Below, piece by piece: positions 1-9,630 of a stretch of DNA of 20,000 nucleotides; positions within the stretch are counted from its first letter, which is position 1, and each line of letters opens with the position of its first letter. The DNA lies in the IMG/VR virus record IMGVR_UViG_3300050821_005794, one strand, 5' to 3'. Under the pieces are notes generated by a model. The model ran no database searches, was not told where the DNA came from, and worked only from the letters and a program-made list of their open reading frames with translations. This stretch comes from an uncultured virus (IMG/VR IMGVR_UViG_3300050821_005794) (Duplodnaviria; Heunggongvirae; Uroviricota; Caudoviricetes). The position numbers were made by a program, and so were the translations under genes.

Positions 1-1110
1 CTTCAGTTTCCACCAACCTTCGGCAGCTAATTCAGAATTCAGGTGTTCTATATCAGCTTCCATTTCTTTAATACTCATCATGGACTTGGGGCCGGGACCG
101 GAAAATTTATTTGCTAATTCTTCCGCACCTTTGGCTGCTTCAGGACTATATTTTGTAAGCGACGGAGTTATTTTTGCGCGAATAGCGTCGGCAACGGGAG
201 CCACGTCCTTCAAGTCGTTTTCATGCGTCTTAATCATGGGTTTGACTTGATTATTCCACAATTCATCCGAAGCAGTTAGTGCAGCATCGGATACACCTTC
301 TACTCCCTTGCCTTTTATATCAGGTAATTTTTTTACAAGTTCAGGAAGGGCGCGATTCCAGTCATCTTCCCATCTGGTATTCCATTTGCCAGGCTTACCT
401 GACCGCGTAGCTTCGGCTAACGAATCGCGACCAATGCCGACCGCTTCGCCAACTTTTTGCGCACCTGCGATCCCTAATTCAGCCAATAACGATCCTACGG
501 CCCCGCCTTCGGCACCTGATTTAGCGCCGCCCGCAGCATCGCCTTCGGCGGCTCCTTTAATACCGCCCTGAACACCACCGACAGTTCCGCCCTTCAGCAT
601 ACTTATAATAACCTTAGACGCTGTGGGATAGTCCTCCAAAATTTGCATGATTTCAGGTGCTCTAGTGGCTATCTCGGACACCGATGTTAGGGTTTTCAGA
701 CCTTCTTCACCTATGAGCCATTCTATACCTTCTTCGCCGACATTGCCAGCGCCTTCGCCTATATTTTTAGGTTCTGCTAGAGCGCGGCCTTTAGCTAGCA
801 CACCTTCAACATTTTGGTTGCTGCCAGTGGCTTTACTAGCTAGTTCGCCTATGCCAACAGCAGTTTTCAGAGCACCTTTGCCCATGCCGACAGCAATGTC
901 TTTGGGAGTTGCGGTTAGGTCTTGCTGTGACTGGCGGATTGCCATGTCCTGGGGAGACACATTGGCAGACGCAAAAGACTGGCCACCAAATTCGGCATAG
1001 GGGTCTGATGCAGCAGGCGCGGGGGCCGTAGGATTGGTATTTACTTGAATTGTCTGCCCGCCGAACTCAGCGTACGGGTCTTGCGCGGTTTGCGGTGCTC
1101 CGTCTGCCAT
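1..1110 (-). CDS. Putative internal virion/DNA ejection protein, N-terminal 370 aa (runs off the left edge; absent from the ORF track)
   Basis: ATG at 1110 after GAGGA (TAGAGGATAAATG). Manual translation MADGAPQTAQDPYAEFGGQTIQ...ELAAEGWWKLK is open to position 1. Ala/Gly-rich, with two DPYAEFGGQ repeats. Function inferred from position after the tail genes. Confidence 0.7.
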   Translation of the reverse strand, partial: MADGAPQTAQDPYAEFGGQTIQVNTNPTAPAPAASDPYAEFGGQSFASANVSPQDMAIRQSQQDLTATPKDIAVGMGKGALKTAVGIGELASKATGSNQNVEGVLAKGRALAEPKNIGEGAGNVGEEGIEWLIGEEGLKTLTSVSEIATRAPEIMQILEDYPTASKVIISMLKGGTVGGVQGGIKGAAEGDAAGGAKSGAEGGAVGSLLAELGIAGAQKVGEAVGIGRDSLAEATRSGKPGKWNTRWEDDWNRALPELVKKLPDIKGKGVEGVSDAALTASDELWNNQVKPMIKTHENDLKDVAPVADAIRAKITPSLTKYSPEAAKGAEELANKFSGPGPKSMMSIKEMEADIEHLNSELAAEGWWKLK

Positions 1111-1117
1111 TTATCCT

Positions 1118-3139
1118 CTACTTTATGACTTGAGCGTTCGGGTATTTCTTTTGAAAATCGGCTAGTTTGTCTTGTGAAACATACCCAGCAGGCTGACCCG
1201 GGATTTGAACATGAACTGTTCCGGCAGGAGGACCTCCCTGTCCAGGCACAGCCGTCCACTTATCCATGATGGCTTGGTTTTTTTCAGATACGACGGGTTG
1301 TTTCACACTTTCGGGAGTGCGGCCACTCATGTTGGACTTGAATTTGTCCCGAATAGTTTCAATTTGAGTTTTCAGAAGATCAAGATTACCAACGATTTGA
1401 GCTTTCTGAGTATTGGGGCCGGCGTTACGGTTCAAATTCTTGCGCTGGGCTTCGATTTCCTGATCTGAGGCAGAACCGCCAATTTTGACCGCGTTGGCAG
1501 CCTCCGCAGCGGCCTTATTAGCGACCATGTCATACAAAACAGGTTCAGGTTGGTCAGTTTGGATGCCATATTCGTTAGCTAACTGATTGAGGGCGCGCAG
1601 ATGTTCCTGCGGTAAACCCGTAGCAACTTGGCCCAATAAATCTAAGTGACCTATAGCGGTGTTGATACGGTCTCTGGCTGCGCCTTCGCCGTGTGTTCCG
1701 CTTTGGTATTCTTTCAAGTATTGAACTTCAAGCGGATATTTTTTCTCATCGTAGGGATCATTAGGATAGGCGTGGTTCACAGCATCAATGTATTTCTGTT
1801 TTTCTTGGCCGCGCGGCAGAGACGTAACGGATTGACGGCGGTCATGAATGGCCTGAACTGTGTCCCACATCTGCGGCGGCAAACTTTGAATAAAAGGTTC
1901 TCCTGTTAGCGAATAATCTCCAACAGGGGTATTCATGTCTCCTTTTGATGGGCCGACATAATGTAATTTCTGACCTGTTCGATCATCAACTACCCAAGTG
2001 CTCAATTGTTGTGTGCCAGGATTCCAAATATCTTTAAATGTTGTTTTTCTTTCACCAGATAGGGGTTCTCCCGTATCTGGGTCTTTCATTATTTTAGCTA
2101 TTCCTAGCACAGAATTTATACTAACCTTAATGGGGTTGCCGTTTTTGTCGGAAATTGTGTCATCGTGCCAGTTTTTAGTGTCTGTTAATGCTTCGTTGTA
2201 TTTTTTCAAACCCTGGTAGTCTAGAGCGTTCCACTGTTCAAATGGAATTGTCTGGCCTGTTTCTAGTGATTCGGCACCTGGGATGCCTACCGCTTTGAGA
2301 TGCTCGACTTGTACCGGAGTTAGTTTTACGGGTTTGTCAATTTCCGCCAAACTATATCGTTTCTCGACAGGCATTTCTCCTGTTTTTGGGTCAGGAACCG
2401 CGCCTTCTACTGGTACGACCCTTGTGAGAAAGGGTTTGTATTTTAGATAGTCTGGATTATCCTGCCGAAACTTAAGTGCTTCATCCCAAGTCATATCTTG
2501 AGCAATTATTTTATTCCCACCGGCGGCAACAGCGCCTAGTCTATCCTGTCCTAAAGCTGCGTATTTGGACTGGCTTTCCATCGTAGCATTGCGAAGTTCT
2601 TGCGCGGCCCTGGCGGTTTCAATAATCGTATGAGCATTGGTTGCTTTGTTGAGCATCATTTGTTGCTGGCGCTCAAAATCCTCACCTGCCTGCTTGCGCT
2701 CAAGCAACCCTTGTTCTTTCTGTCTCGTTATGGCGTCTTCAGCGCCCGCACCCAAGCCTGACGCAGCCGCAGCTAATCCACTCTTTTGTGGCCCGATTCT
2801 AGAACCCGCAGCCAGTCCTAACAATGCTGACCTGGCAATCTTGCGAAGTTGGTCGCCTGTAGTCGCGCGACCCATTTGAGCAGGTTGCATAACTCCGTTT
2901 TCATCAACCTTGGGTGGGGCAACTTCTTTTTGACTACCTGCGACAGCACCCAGTACGGCACCCATGAAGGCATGGCTAAGGGAATGGAAGCCTGAGCCTG
3001 GTGCAGGTTGCGCTGCCGGACCTTGTAACGTTTGCGGTTGTTGAGGTTGTGGTTGAGGCGCAGGAGCAGGAGGTTGGAGTTGGCCTGTTATGGGTGCCGA
3101 TTGTGTATCTATTTGTGGCGCGTCTACAGGGTCGGGCAT
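1118..3139 (-). CDS. Putative internal virion/ejection protein (673 aa)
   Basis: Long ORF with a Pro/Gln-rich N-terminus, Gly/Ala hydrophobic segments (AFMGAVLGAVAG, ALLGLAAG, AAASGLGAGA) and a Gln-rich helical region. This composition and position are typical of podovirus ejection proteins. Confidence 0.65.
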   Translation of the reverse strand: MPDPVDAPQIDTQSAPITGQLQPPAPAPQPQPQQPQTLQGPAAQPAPGSGFHSLSHAFMGAVLGAVAGSQKEVAPPKVDENGVMQPAQMGRATTGDQLRKIARSALLGLAAGSRIGPQKSGLAAAASGLGAGAEDAITRQKEQGLLERKQAGEDFERQQQMMLNKATNAHTIIETARAAQELRNATMESQSKYAALGQDRLGAVAAGGNKIIAQDMTWDEALKFRQDNPDYLKYKPFLTRVVPVEGAVPDPKTGEMPVEKRYSLAEIDKPVKLTPVQVEHLKAVGIPGAESLETGQTIPFEQWNALDYQGLKKYNEALTDTKNWHDDTISDKNGNPIKVSINSVLGIAKIMKDPDTGEPLSGERKTTFKDIWNPGTQQLSTWVVDDRTGQKLHYVGPSKGDMNTPVGDYSLTGEPFIQSLPPQMWDTVQAIHDRRQSVTSLPRGQEKQKYIDAVNHAYPNDPYDEKKYPLEVQYLKEYQSGTHGEGAARDRINTAIGHLDLLGQVATGLPQEHLRALNQLANEYGIQTDQPEPVLYDMVANKAAAEAANAVKIGGSASDQEIEAQRKNLNRNAGPNTQKAQIVGNLDLLKTQIETIRDKFKSNMSGRTPESVKQPVVSEKNQAIMDKWTAVPGQGGPPAGTVHVQIPGQPAGYVSQDKLADFQKKYPNAQVIK

Positions 3140-3534
3140 GTTTCAGGGTCCTCAACTTTCGATTCCAGTAGCCAACTAATTTTCGTACTCAAAGTTATAG
3201 TAGTATCTTTTAGAGAACGTTGCATAAAAAGTAATATTTTCCTGGCGGCGCGGTCATCTGAAAATCCATAGACAGCCAGCAAGTCTTTCAATGTGTTCTC
3301 AGGCGTCAGTCTGTGATTCTTGCCCGAACACTTAGCTGCGACGTCTGAGCAGGCGGCCTTTATGCCCCCGCCGAAACTTGTAAAAACGCGGTAGTGATCT
3401 GAGTCGCATTTTTTTTCTGGACGATACGACCGCAGCAAAAGCGGGCTTTTCAAACTGAACGACTTCGATTCTGGCGAGTCGAAGCAACCGTTTTGGTTGC
3501 CGATTCCGATTACGAGCAACTCTATTTTTAACAT
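3124..3534 (-). CDS. Hypothetical protein (~136 aa), possibly a degenerate lysozyme-like virion protein
   Basis: ATG at 3534, just after the upstream stop; the 3' end overlaps the next start. The segment YRVFTSFGGGIKAA...TLKDLLAVYG weakly resembles phage lysozyme-like virion proteins. Confidence 0.5.
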   Translation of the reverse strand: MLKIELLVIGIGNQNGCFDSPESKSFSLKSPLLLRSYRPEKKCDSDHYRVFTSFGGGIKAACSDVAAKCSGKNHRLTPENTLKDLLAVYGFSDDRAARKILLFMQRSLKDTTITLSTKISWLLESKVEDPETCPTL

Positions 3535-3541
3535 TAGACTA

Positions 3542-4300
3542 TCAATAAACAGAAGATGGCATCTGCCCACTACCAAATCCTGGTCCTAAAGGTAGATTTG
3601 TATTGCCACCGCCAAGACTATTGCCGAGACTACTACCCAATGACGCACCAAGCGGGCCGCCTAATGCTGCCCCGCCAATTGCGCCTATCGCTCCCATTAC
3701 CGGGGCCATCCAACTAGAATTTGCTTGTTGAATTTGCGTCGCGCCTTCCATTGAAGAACTGGCCGCACCTGTAGCCGCGTTTTCACTTCCTGAAACCGCG
3801 CCACCGAACCCGGAACTGGCACCGGCTAGTCCTTCTGCTCCGCCGACCAATTCACCTATTGCCGTGTTGAAATTCTGGCGACCAGTTGCGTAATTAGCTT
3901 GTGTAATATTTTCTTGCTGGTTGGCGTTAGCTATCGCACCTTGTGTGTTGACCATCTCGCCAATCTGTTGGTTGGCCCCGCTAGGAACGAATGCACCGCC
4001 TCCGCCAGCGGCAGCTTCTTTAGCGTTGGCTGCGATTTGGGCGTTCTGGGTGCCTTGTGTGATAGCATCCGAAGCCTGGGTTCGCATTGCGGCTTCTTCT
4101 GGCGCGGAAAATCCCGTTTGGTTAGGCCCGGCGCTGATAATTGGTTCCAGCGCAGTTTTAAGCGACCCTAAAATGGCTTGATTTTGCCCAAAAATAGTCG
4201 CGAAATCTTGGGCCATCAAATTTGTAAAGTTCATCGAGGCAGTAGCGTTGGCTGCTTCTGCTGATTGCGCCGCATTTTGGGCGTCTGAGGCTCCACAGAT
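3542..4300 (-). CDS. Small internal virion/pilot-type protein, probable ATC start (252 aa)
   Basis: The track ORF 3542..4234 extends in frame to ATC at 4300, 7 nt after AGAGGG, giving (M)CGASDAQNAAQ. Ala/Gly/Gln-rich, with a C-terminal glycine zipper (MGAIGAIGGAALGGPLGASLG). Confidence 0.7.
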   Translation of the reverse strand: MCGASDAQNAAQSAEAANATASMNFTNLMAQDFATIFGQNQAILGSLKTALEPIISAGPNQTGFSAPEEAAMRTQASDAITQGTQNAQIAANAKEAAAGGGGAFVPSGANQQIGEMVNTQGAIANANQQENITQANYATGRQNFNTAIGELVGGAEGLAGASSGFGGAVSGSENAATGAASSSMEGATQIQQANSSWMAPVMGAIGAIGGAALGGPLGASLGSSLGNSLGGGNTNLPLGPGFGSGQMPSSVY

Positions 4301-4304
4301 AGAA

Positions 4305-4727
4305 TTACCCTCTTTCTGCTAAATTTAAGTTACAAACAATCTCATTTTTGCTTCGGCGAAATCCAAACTTACGTAAAAACCAAATCAGAGGTGCAGAGAT
4401 GGATTCAAAAATCAACTGAGCGTACTGGGGTCTGGCTTCTTGCTTAATATGGTTGATAAATTCAGCCATAGCCTTCCTTGTTCTGGCGATTTCCGTTGGC
4501 GGCGCAAACTGACAGTGGATTCTGAGGATATTTTCCATTTTGAGGTACCCAATTGTGCCGATTTCGTCTTCTACAGCAACGTAATCTGTGCCTTTGTGTT
4601 TTTGACTTACGTCTTTCGGAGGCAACCAGAAAGAAAGATTCGATGTTTTCGAGTGTTCGTCGTCCGCGACTAGCCATTTTTCCAGCAAAAGTTCATCGTT
4701 GACCGCGATGGGTCTGAATTTGAGCAT
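4305..4727 (-). CDS. GNAT-fold acetyltransferase-like protein (140 aa)
   Basis: N-terminal FRPIAVND, central VAVEDEIGTIGY and C-terminal WFLRKFGFR fit a GNAT pattern. SD AAGAGA. Sits just upstream of the internal virion genes, as in other podoviruses. Confidence 0.6.
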   Translation of the reverse strand: MLKFRPIAVNDELLLEKWLVADDEHSKTSNLSFWLPPKDVSQKHKGTDYVAVEDEIGTIGYLKMENILRIHCQFAPPTEIARTRKAMAEFINHIKQEARPQYAQLIFESISAPLIWFLRKFGFRRSKNEIVCNLNLAERG

Positions 4728-4729
4728 AT

Positions 4730-4966
4730 TTATCTCTTAAAAGAATGAAAAGCATCGAAAATAAAGTGTATAAACCCGCCGATACCTAAAGCGGCCCCAC
4801 TGAAGTACCAAATTTTCTTTTCGACGGCCTTCATATCCTTCTGAAGCCTCGGTACGGCCCCGGTTTCGCCATCATCTGAAACCAATAAATCCATTTTGGT
4901 GCCCAATTTCGCAAGATGTGTTAAAACTTGTGTTTCAAACTCATTGTTGCTATGCGTTTCTTCCAT
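4730..4966 (-). CDS. Small membrane protein (coiled coil plus C-terminal TM helix; holin/XhlA-like candidate)
   Basis: 78 aa with SD AGGAGG upstream and a hydrophobic C-terminus IWYFSGAALGIGGFIHFIF followed by a basic tail. Confidence 0.55.
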   Translation of the reverse strand: MEETHSNNEFETQVLTHLAKLGTKMDLLVSDDGETGAVPRLQKDMKAVEKKIWYFSGAALGIGGFIHFIFDAFHSFKR

Positions 4967-4972
4967 AACAAT

Positions 4973-5215
4973 CTAACTTCCTCCTGGCCGGATGCCATTG
5001 CGGAGTGGCGGGGTAATTCTGTATTGCGGGATGCTGTTGGCGTAAAATTGACGCAGAGAATCTGGGTCAGTAGCGAGTGGGGACGGTATGAGACACCTAA
5101 GAAAACCATTTTTGGAGCTTTCCTGCGGGAGTTGGTTCATTACGGGCGTAGCCATTGCAGAATTTGAATCTATTGGCCGCAATTTTGACATGTCGGGTTG
5201 CATGAATTTGCTCAT
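4973..5215 (-). CDS. Hypothetical protein (~80 aa)
   Basis: ATG at 5215 just downstream of the tail-gene stop (MSKFMQPDMSK...). Fills the operon gap. Confidence 0.6.
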   Translation of the reverse strand: MSKFMQPDMSKLRPIDSNSAMATPVMNQLPQESSKNGFLRCLIPSPLATDPDSLRQFYANSIPQYRITPPLRNGIRPGGS

Positions 5216-5220
5216 ATTGA

Positions 5221-8200
5221 CTACGATTCTCCATGGTGCGAGCCATAGACTGTAAACGTAAAAATCTCGTTCCTGACGCCATCTGTAGACCCGAAATCTA
5301 TCTTGACTTGCATGTGCCGCGCCCAAGCAGGCAACGGAACAGCAGGACCGCTGACGCTTTGTTTGAAGTCATAGCGGTTGGAATACAACGTTGCTGGCGC
5401 AAGCGTGGTTCCGTACAAAGCAGGTGGGTCTTGATGAACGTATCCTGAAATACTTTGGAATGGCCCAGAAATTTCGTTGAGCAGCACAGAAAGAACAGGA
5501 CTCGTTCCGACCAAGTTGAAATCACAAGTAATAAATGCCAGTTCGGCTAACTGGCCGGGATAAGCCAAAACGATGCTGCCCATGATGAAGTTGGCCGGAT
5601 AGGTTTTACCGTTGTCCGTAAAAACATTGGCGTTGCGATAGTAAATATACCCGCCGCCTGCTGTGCCTGTATCTGCCGCTGAAGCTTGGTTAGCGTGTGT
5701 AATCGCCGTAGTAAACTGTGTCGGCGTGGCTGATACGATAACTTGGTTAGCTACGTTAAAAATTCCGCTGCCGTTAGTGGTGCCTACGGTAGTAATGATC
5801 TGGCCAACTACGAAGTTATTGTTGGCAGTATAGGTCGCCACATTTGAGGTTAGCGAAGTATTGGTAATAACCGCCGAGCCTGGTCCAACCAAAAGTTGAT
5901 GCACGCCAGGACTAGTTTCGATTGATTGAATAGCCTGCGCACCGCCAGTAATGTTAGCTTTGGGACTCCAAACAAATCCGCCTTCGGGAGCCTGGCTTGT
6001 ATTGCACCTGAACCAACCTGTGCTACCGTCCGAAATGTGAACAGCCTCGTCTTGGTTTGAAGCGTGCCACGTTACGTAAGAATTAGCCGGATTGAAGGAT
6101 TGCAATGTAGGATCGTTCGGATAGGCTGGACACGGTGCGCCAATAGGAAATCCGATTTTAGATATCCCAGAAGTGGGATCAAGCTGTACGAATTGTTTGT
6201 CTGCCGTGTGTGCGTAAATCGTCGTGCCATTCACGTCAGCCGCGAATTGATTGAGCAGTCCAAGATTTTGAATAAACGGTGCAGGATAGAAGACAGTGAT
6301 CCCTGAAACCCCGCTCGCAGCCGCAACCGCCGAACCCGTACCATAAATAATATAAACATCCGAAATCGTAAAAACAAGCAAGCCTACCGAGGTAGGAATT
6401 AACTTGCTGACTTTGGAAGGAAAGACAAAGTTGTTAGCGGGCGACCAGCTTTCGTAAGGATTGCCTAGAATGTTGCCTAAATCGGGGCCAGTAGCGTAAT
6501 AAACAACGTTTGAGACGAAACCCCACATACGCCCCATGTGAAATACCATGCCGCCGATTCCAGTTGGCGGAGGCGTGTTCTGGCCTGCCTGCGCGGGCAA
6601 TTGAAACTGGTTGAGCGTAGCATCCAAGGATTGGTCTACAATCGTGGTTGAAGTATTAGGATAGGGATTCGTAGGCAAGGAATAAAATGTGTTACCGCCG
6701 TCCTTGGTTCGGAAGACCCAGATTGTGTTGACTTGAGGATCGGTACTTGCTACGACGGTTATGTCTACAACCTTGCTAGAAAACGCACCTGTGCTCGCTG
6801 AAGCGGGAGTCATGTTAGAGAAGACTGGCGGCGAGACGTTGGTATTGGCGTAGGCATACCCATATTCATACCCCGTCGTGGCCGAGAGTGCTCCTGAGCC
6901 GCCAACAGAAACAGAAATCCCTGCCGTGAAAACTTGAATTTGAGCCGAGTCTATACTGAAGGTCTGGCCGCTACCGGAAACTACAATCTGAACCCCGAAG
7001 TTACTCGTGTTTATAATAGAAGGATTAAGAGTTGCGCCCCAGACATCCGTGCTGCCACCAAAGGAAATCAGCATGTCTGAAGTGCCAGGCATCAATAATA
7101 ATTTCTGGTTGCCTATGGCGTTACCGTTGTTGTCTTGTAATCGTGCATAAATAAGTGTGTCACCCGCGACCGCTGAAACATGTCCTGTCACGTTAACTTG
7201 AACGCCCGTAACGGTGCCGGAAACGCTGAAGCTATAATTCGTCGCGAACAACGGAGCGGTCTGAAGGTCTGCTGTAGGAATTGTTGTCGCGTACGCCCCA
7301 TCAGGAGCGCCTTGGACATTTGTAGGGTTGGTCCAACTCACGACAACTGGGGATGTGTAGTAGACAGTTACGCTGATATAATCTATGAGAGCTTGTCCGG
7401 TAGCGTGACTCTGAGAAGTGTTGAACTTCGTAGCTACCGCAATACCAAAACCAGAGTTGTTTATATCTGATGGCGCTAGCGTAGCACCCCATAGATCGGA
7501 AGATGATCCCCATGTTTCTGGCGTAATTGACGGAGTATACGCAGTGCCGCCAGTGTGCCCAGTTCCAGATTGAACATTTGCTTTCAGTATTTGAATGGAA
7601 TCTGTAGTTATTGTGCCGCCGGAACCAAGAGACCTGGCCCTATATACATTCGCGACTACCCCCGTAATAGTGGCCGTTGAAGGTATGGCAAACTTAAAAT
7701 TAGTAACATTCAGATAGTTACTACCGTCACTACCTGGACCACCTGTTACGGAAAACGCAGCCGAAGCATAGACCCCATCAAGAACTTCTGCGTTTGTCGG
7801 ATTTGACCAAACTTCGTTGCCATCAGGACCAGATATGCCCGAATCTGTCGCTGAAAATGGAGAACTCGGGCCTTGCGATCCCGAACCGCCTCCGGCTGAC
7901 CCTGAAACGCCCGTTCCGGCGTACGCGCTAGTAAGCGTAATACCTGCCGTAGCAATGCCCCAGTTTCGAAGGGCTACTTGCACGGCTGTGCCTGTATCTG
8001 CCGCTGAACCTACGTTTGCGTGAACTATGGCGACCGTGAATGACGTTGAGTTGGCCGTAGCGATGACAGCATTTGTTACGTTGAAAACACCGCTGCCGTT
8101 TGTTGTGCCTGTTACTGTGACCAAGCGGCCAGCGACAAAGTTGTTAGCCGCAGTATATGTTGCGACGTTGGAAGTCAGGGCGGTGTTGGTTATGATTGCC

Positions 8201-8685
8201 TGACTAGGCGCAAAGCCCGGCCAGGCTAGTTGGTCTACGCCGTCGCCGATATAGAGTGTGTTGTTGATCCCGAAAAACGATGCCTCTCCCGCGCCATTCG
8301 ACTTGGTAAAAATACTCGTAACTTGTGCCGGACTGATCGTATAAATCTGAGTCAGACCATCCATCATGACTTGAATGGTTTCTGAAATCGTAGTAAATGT
8401 TTTGAAGGAATAGAACGAGTTGATGGCCTCGCCTACAGTTTGCAAAGAATACTGGCTGACACCGGGGCGTCTGGAAAGAGTGAGCAAATTCGTAAGTTCG
8501 ATGTTGACGCCAGAAATAATAGCTTCGTTGCGGCCACCGTAATACAGAGTCTCTACGCGGGTGCCCGGAGAACGCAAAGGATTGCGCTGACACCACAGCC
8601 CCGTAAAAAACAGGGAGGTCCATAAAGGAGCGTAGTGTGTTTGTTTTGTATCTTGGCTGCCTGCCTGTTGAAGTGGATTAGGCAT
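5221..8685 (-). CDS. Tail nozzle / DNA-stabilisation protein (P22 gp10 / T7 gp12-like) with inserted beta-rich domains (1154 aa)
   Basis: N-terminal NIELTNLLTLSRRPG, beta-propeller-like segments (FHMGRMWGF, GLLVFT) and position right after the adaptor gene. Contains two copies each of two inserted Ser/Thr/Gly-rich modules. Confidence 0.7.
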   Translation of the reverse strand: MPNPLQQAGSQDTKQTHYAPLWTSLFFTGLWCQRNPLRSPGTRVETLYYGGRNEAIISGVNIELTNLLTLSRRPGVSQYSLQTVGEAINSFYSFKTFTTISETIQVMMDGLTQIYTISPAQVTSIFTKSNGAGEASFFGINNTLYIGDGVDQLAWPGFAPSQAIITNTALTSNVATYTAANNFVAGRLVTVTGTTNGSGVFNVTNAVIATANSTSFTVAIVHANVGSAADTGTAVQVALRNWGIATAGITLTSAYAGTGVSGSAGGGSGSQGPSSPFSATDSGISGPDGNEVWSNPTNAEVLDGVYASAAFSVTGGPGSDGSNYLNVTNFKFAIPSTATITGVVANVYRARSLGSGGTITTDSIQILKANVQSGTGHTGGTAYTPSITPETWGSSSDLWGATLAPSDINNSGFGIAVATKFNTSQSHATGQALIDYISVTVYYTSPVVVSWTNPTNVQGAPDGAYATTIPTADLQTAPLFATNYSFSVSGTVTGVQVNVTGHVSAVAGDTLIYARLQDNNGNAIGNQKLLLMPGTSDMLISFGGSTDVWGATLNPSIINTSNFGVQIVVSGSGQTFSIDSAQIQVFTAGISVSVGGSGALSATTGYEYGYAYANTNVSPPVFSNMTPASASTGAFSSKVVDITVVASTDPQVNTIWVFRTKDGGNTFYSLPTNPYPNTSTTIVDQSLDATLNQFQLPAQAGQNTPPPTGIGGMVFHMGRMWGFVSNVVYYATGPDLGNILGNPYESWSPANNFVFPSKVSKLIPTSVGLLVFTISDVYIIYGTGSAVAAASGVSGITVFYPAPFIQNLGLLNQFAADVNGTTIYAHTADKQFVQLDPTSGISKIGFPIGAPCPAYPNDPTLQSFNPANSYVTWHASNQDEAVHISDGSTGWFRCNTSQAPEGGFVWSPKANITGGAQAIQSIETSPGVHQLLVGPGSAVITNTSLTSNVATYTANNNFVVGQIITTVGTTNGSGIFNVANQVIVSATPTQFTTAITHANQASAADTGTAGGGYIYYRNANVFTDNGKTYPANFIMGSIVLAYPGQLAELAFITCDFNLVGTSPVLSVLLNEISGPFQSISGYVHQDPPALYGTTLAPATLYSNRYDFKQSVSGPAVPLPAWARHMQVKIDFGSTDGVRNEIFTFTVYGSHHGES
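5657..5875 (-). repeat. ~70-aa module, copy in the C-terminal part of the nozzle protein
   Basis: VITNTSLTSNVATYTANNNFVVGQ...NQASAADTGTA. Shares an exact 24-mer (5660-5683 = 7985-8008) with the copy at 7983-8199. Confidence 0.9.
6930..7810 (-). repeat. Two tandem ~140-150-aa beta-rich domains inside the nozzle protein
   Basis: WSNPTNAEVLDGVYA...WGSSSDLWGATLAPSDINNSGFG followed by WTNPTNVQGAPDGAYA...FGGSTDVWGATLNPSIINTSNFG. Boundaries approximate. Confidence 0.8.
7983..8199 (-). repeat. ~70-aa module, copy in the N-terminal part of the nozzle protein
   Basis: IITNTALTSNVATYTAANNFVAGRLVTVTGTTNGSGVFNVTNAVI...NVGSAADTGTA. Confidence 0.9.
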
Positions 8686-8688
8686 GGA

Positions 8689-9621
8689 TTAGGTTTGCAA
8701 ACTCTGTCGCCCTTGCTGGACCTTGATACCTGTTGCCTGTTGTTCTGCAACCATCGAGAGCCACGCAGCTTGAAAAATGTTGCGCTCCTCGTCCTTAAGG
8801 CCTTCAGCAATTCCCAACAGCGCGGCTACGAATTTCTGACTTGTGGGCATCCAGCGCGGATCATTGAAGTAGGCTAGAATTAATGTGAGGAATCCCCATT
8901 GGTAGACGAAGGAGTAGTGATCTGGAATCGGTGCCCATGTTCCGGCCAAGGTTGAAAACAATGCAGGTTGTTTCTTCTGGTAGATTACGTTAATTTGATA
9001 AACTTGATCGGGTACAGGCAAAACACGGAACGTAATATTTCCGGCGTTGTCATCTACTTGTGGCGCGATATACGCAGGTGCCCCAGATTCGTTGCCGCTA
9101 CCCAAGATGTTTCGCTCAAATGAGACTTCTGAAACTTTGCCGGATAGCGCGGTCCCAGTATCGGCGGCAGAGCCTACGTTGGAATTAACAATTGCAACCG
9201 TGAATTGTGTTGGTGACGCACTAGCAATAACTTGGTTCGTTATGTTGAAGACGCCCGCACCGTTTGTCGTGCCTGTCACAGTAACAGTGTTGCCCGCTAC
9301 GAAGGAATTTGCAGCGGTGTAGGTGGCAACGTTGGAGGTTAGACTTGTATTGGTTATGGTTGCCGCTGGAACATACGAGGCTTTCTCAATGAACCCAAAT
9401 GTAGTGACCGCCGTTGCGTAATCTTGTACTCCAATGGTTGCCAGAAAGGAAACGTTCGCTCGATTCCAGTTCCAACAAAACGGCGGTGACAGAATAGTCT
9501 GTTGGATAATGTTCGCAGATGTGATAGCAGGTTCGTTGCCCGCGCCGATATTTAGGCTTAGGAAATCAACATGTGATTGGCTAAAATTTATACTGTTTTG
9601 CAGAGTAATCGTTGAAGCGAT
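8689..9621 (-). CDS. Head-tail adaptor / tail tubular A-like protein, probable ATC start (310 aa)
   Basis: The frame is open 114 codons upstream of the track's GTG (9279) with no ATG/GTG/TTG. SD GAGGTG (9631-9626) precedes ATC at 9621, giving (M)ASTITLQNSINF...PPFCWNWNR...QDYA. The C-terminus has FRVLPVPDQVYQINVIYQ...PIPDHY. Paralog of 11207..12244. Confidence 0.75.
   Translation of the reverse strand: MASTITLQNSINFSQSHVDFLSLNIGAGNEPAITSANIIQQTILSPPFCWNWNRANVSFLATIGVQDYATAVTTFGFIEKASYVPAATITNTSLTSNVATYTAANSFVAGNTVTVTGTTNGAGVFNITNQVIASASPTQFTVAIVNSNVGSAADTGTALSGKVSEVSFERNILGSGNESGAPAYIAPQVDDNAGNITFRVLPVPDQVYQINVIYQKKQPALFSTLAGTWAPIPDHYSFVYQWGFLTLILAYFNDPRWMPTSQKFVAALLGIAEGLKDEERNIFQAAWLSMVAEQQATGIKVQQGRQSLQT
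9148..9360 (-). repeat. ~70-aa module, third copy, inside the adaptor gene
   Basis: TITNTSLTSNVATYTAANSFVAGNTVTVTGTTNGAGVFNITNQVI...NVGSAADTGTA. Confidence 0.9.
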
Positions 9622-9630
9622 GATACACCT

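Noticed and set aside
5657..9360. Repeated module as a diversity-generating retroelement TR/VR pair
   Set aside because: Differences are not adenine-specific and many are synonymous, all copies are coding, and no reverse transcriptase is in the window.
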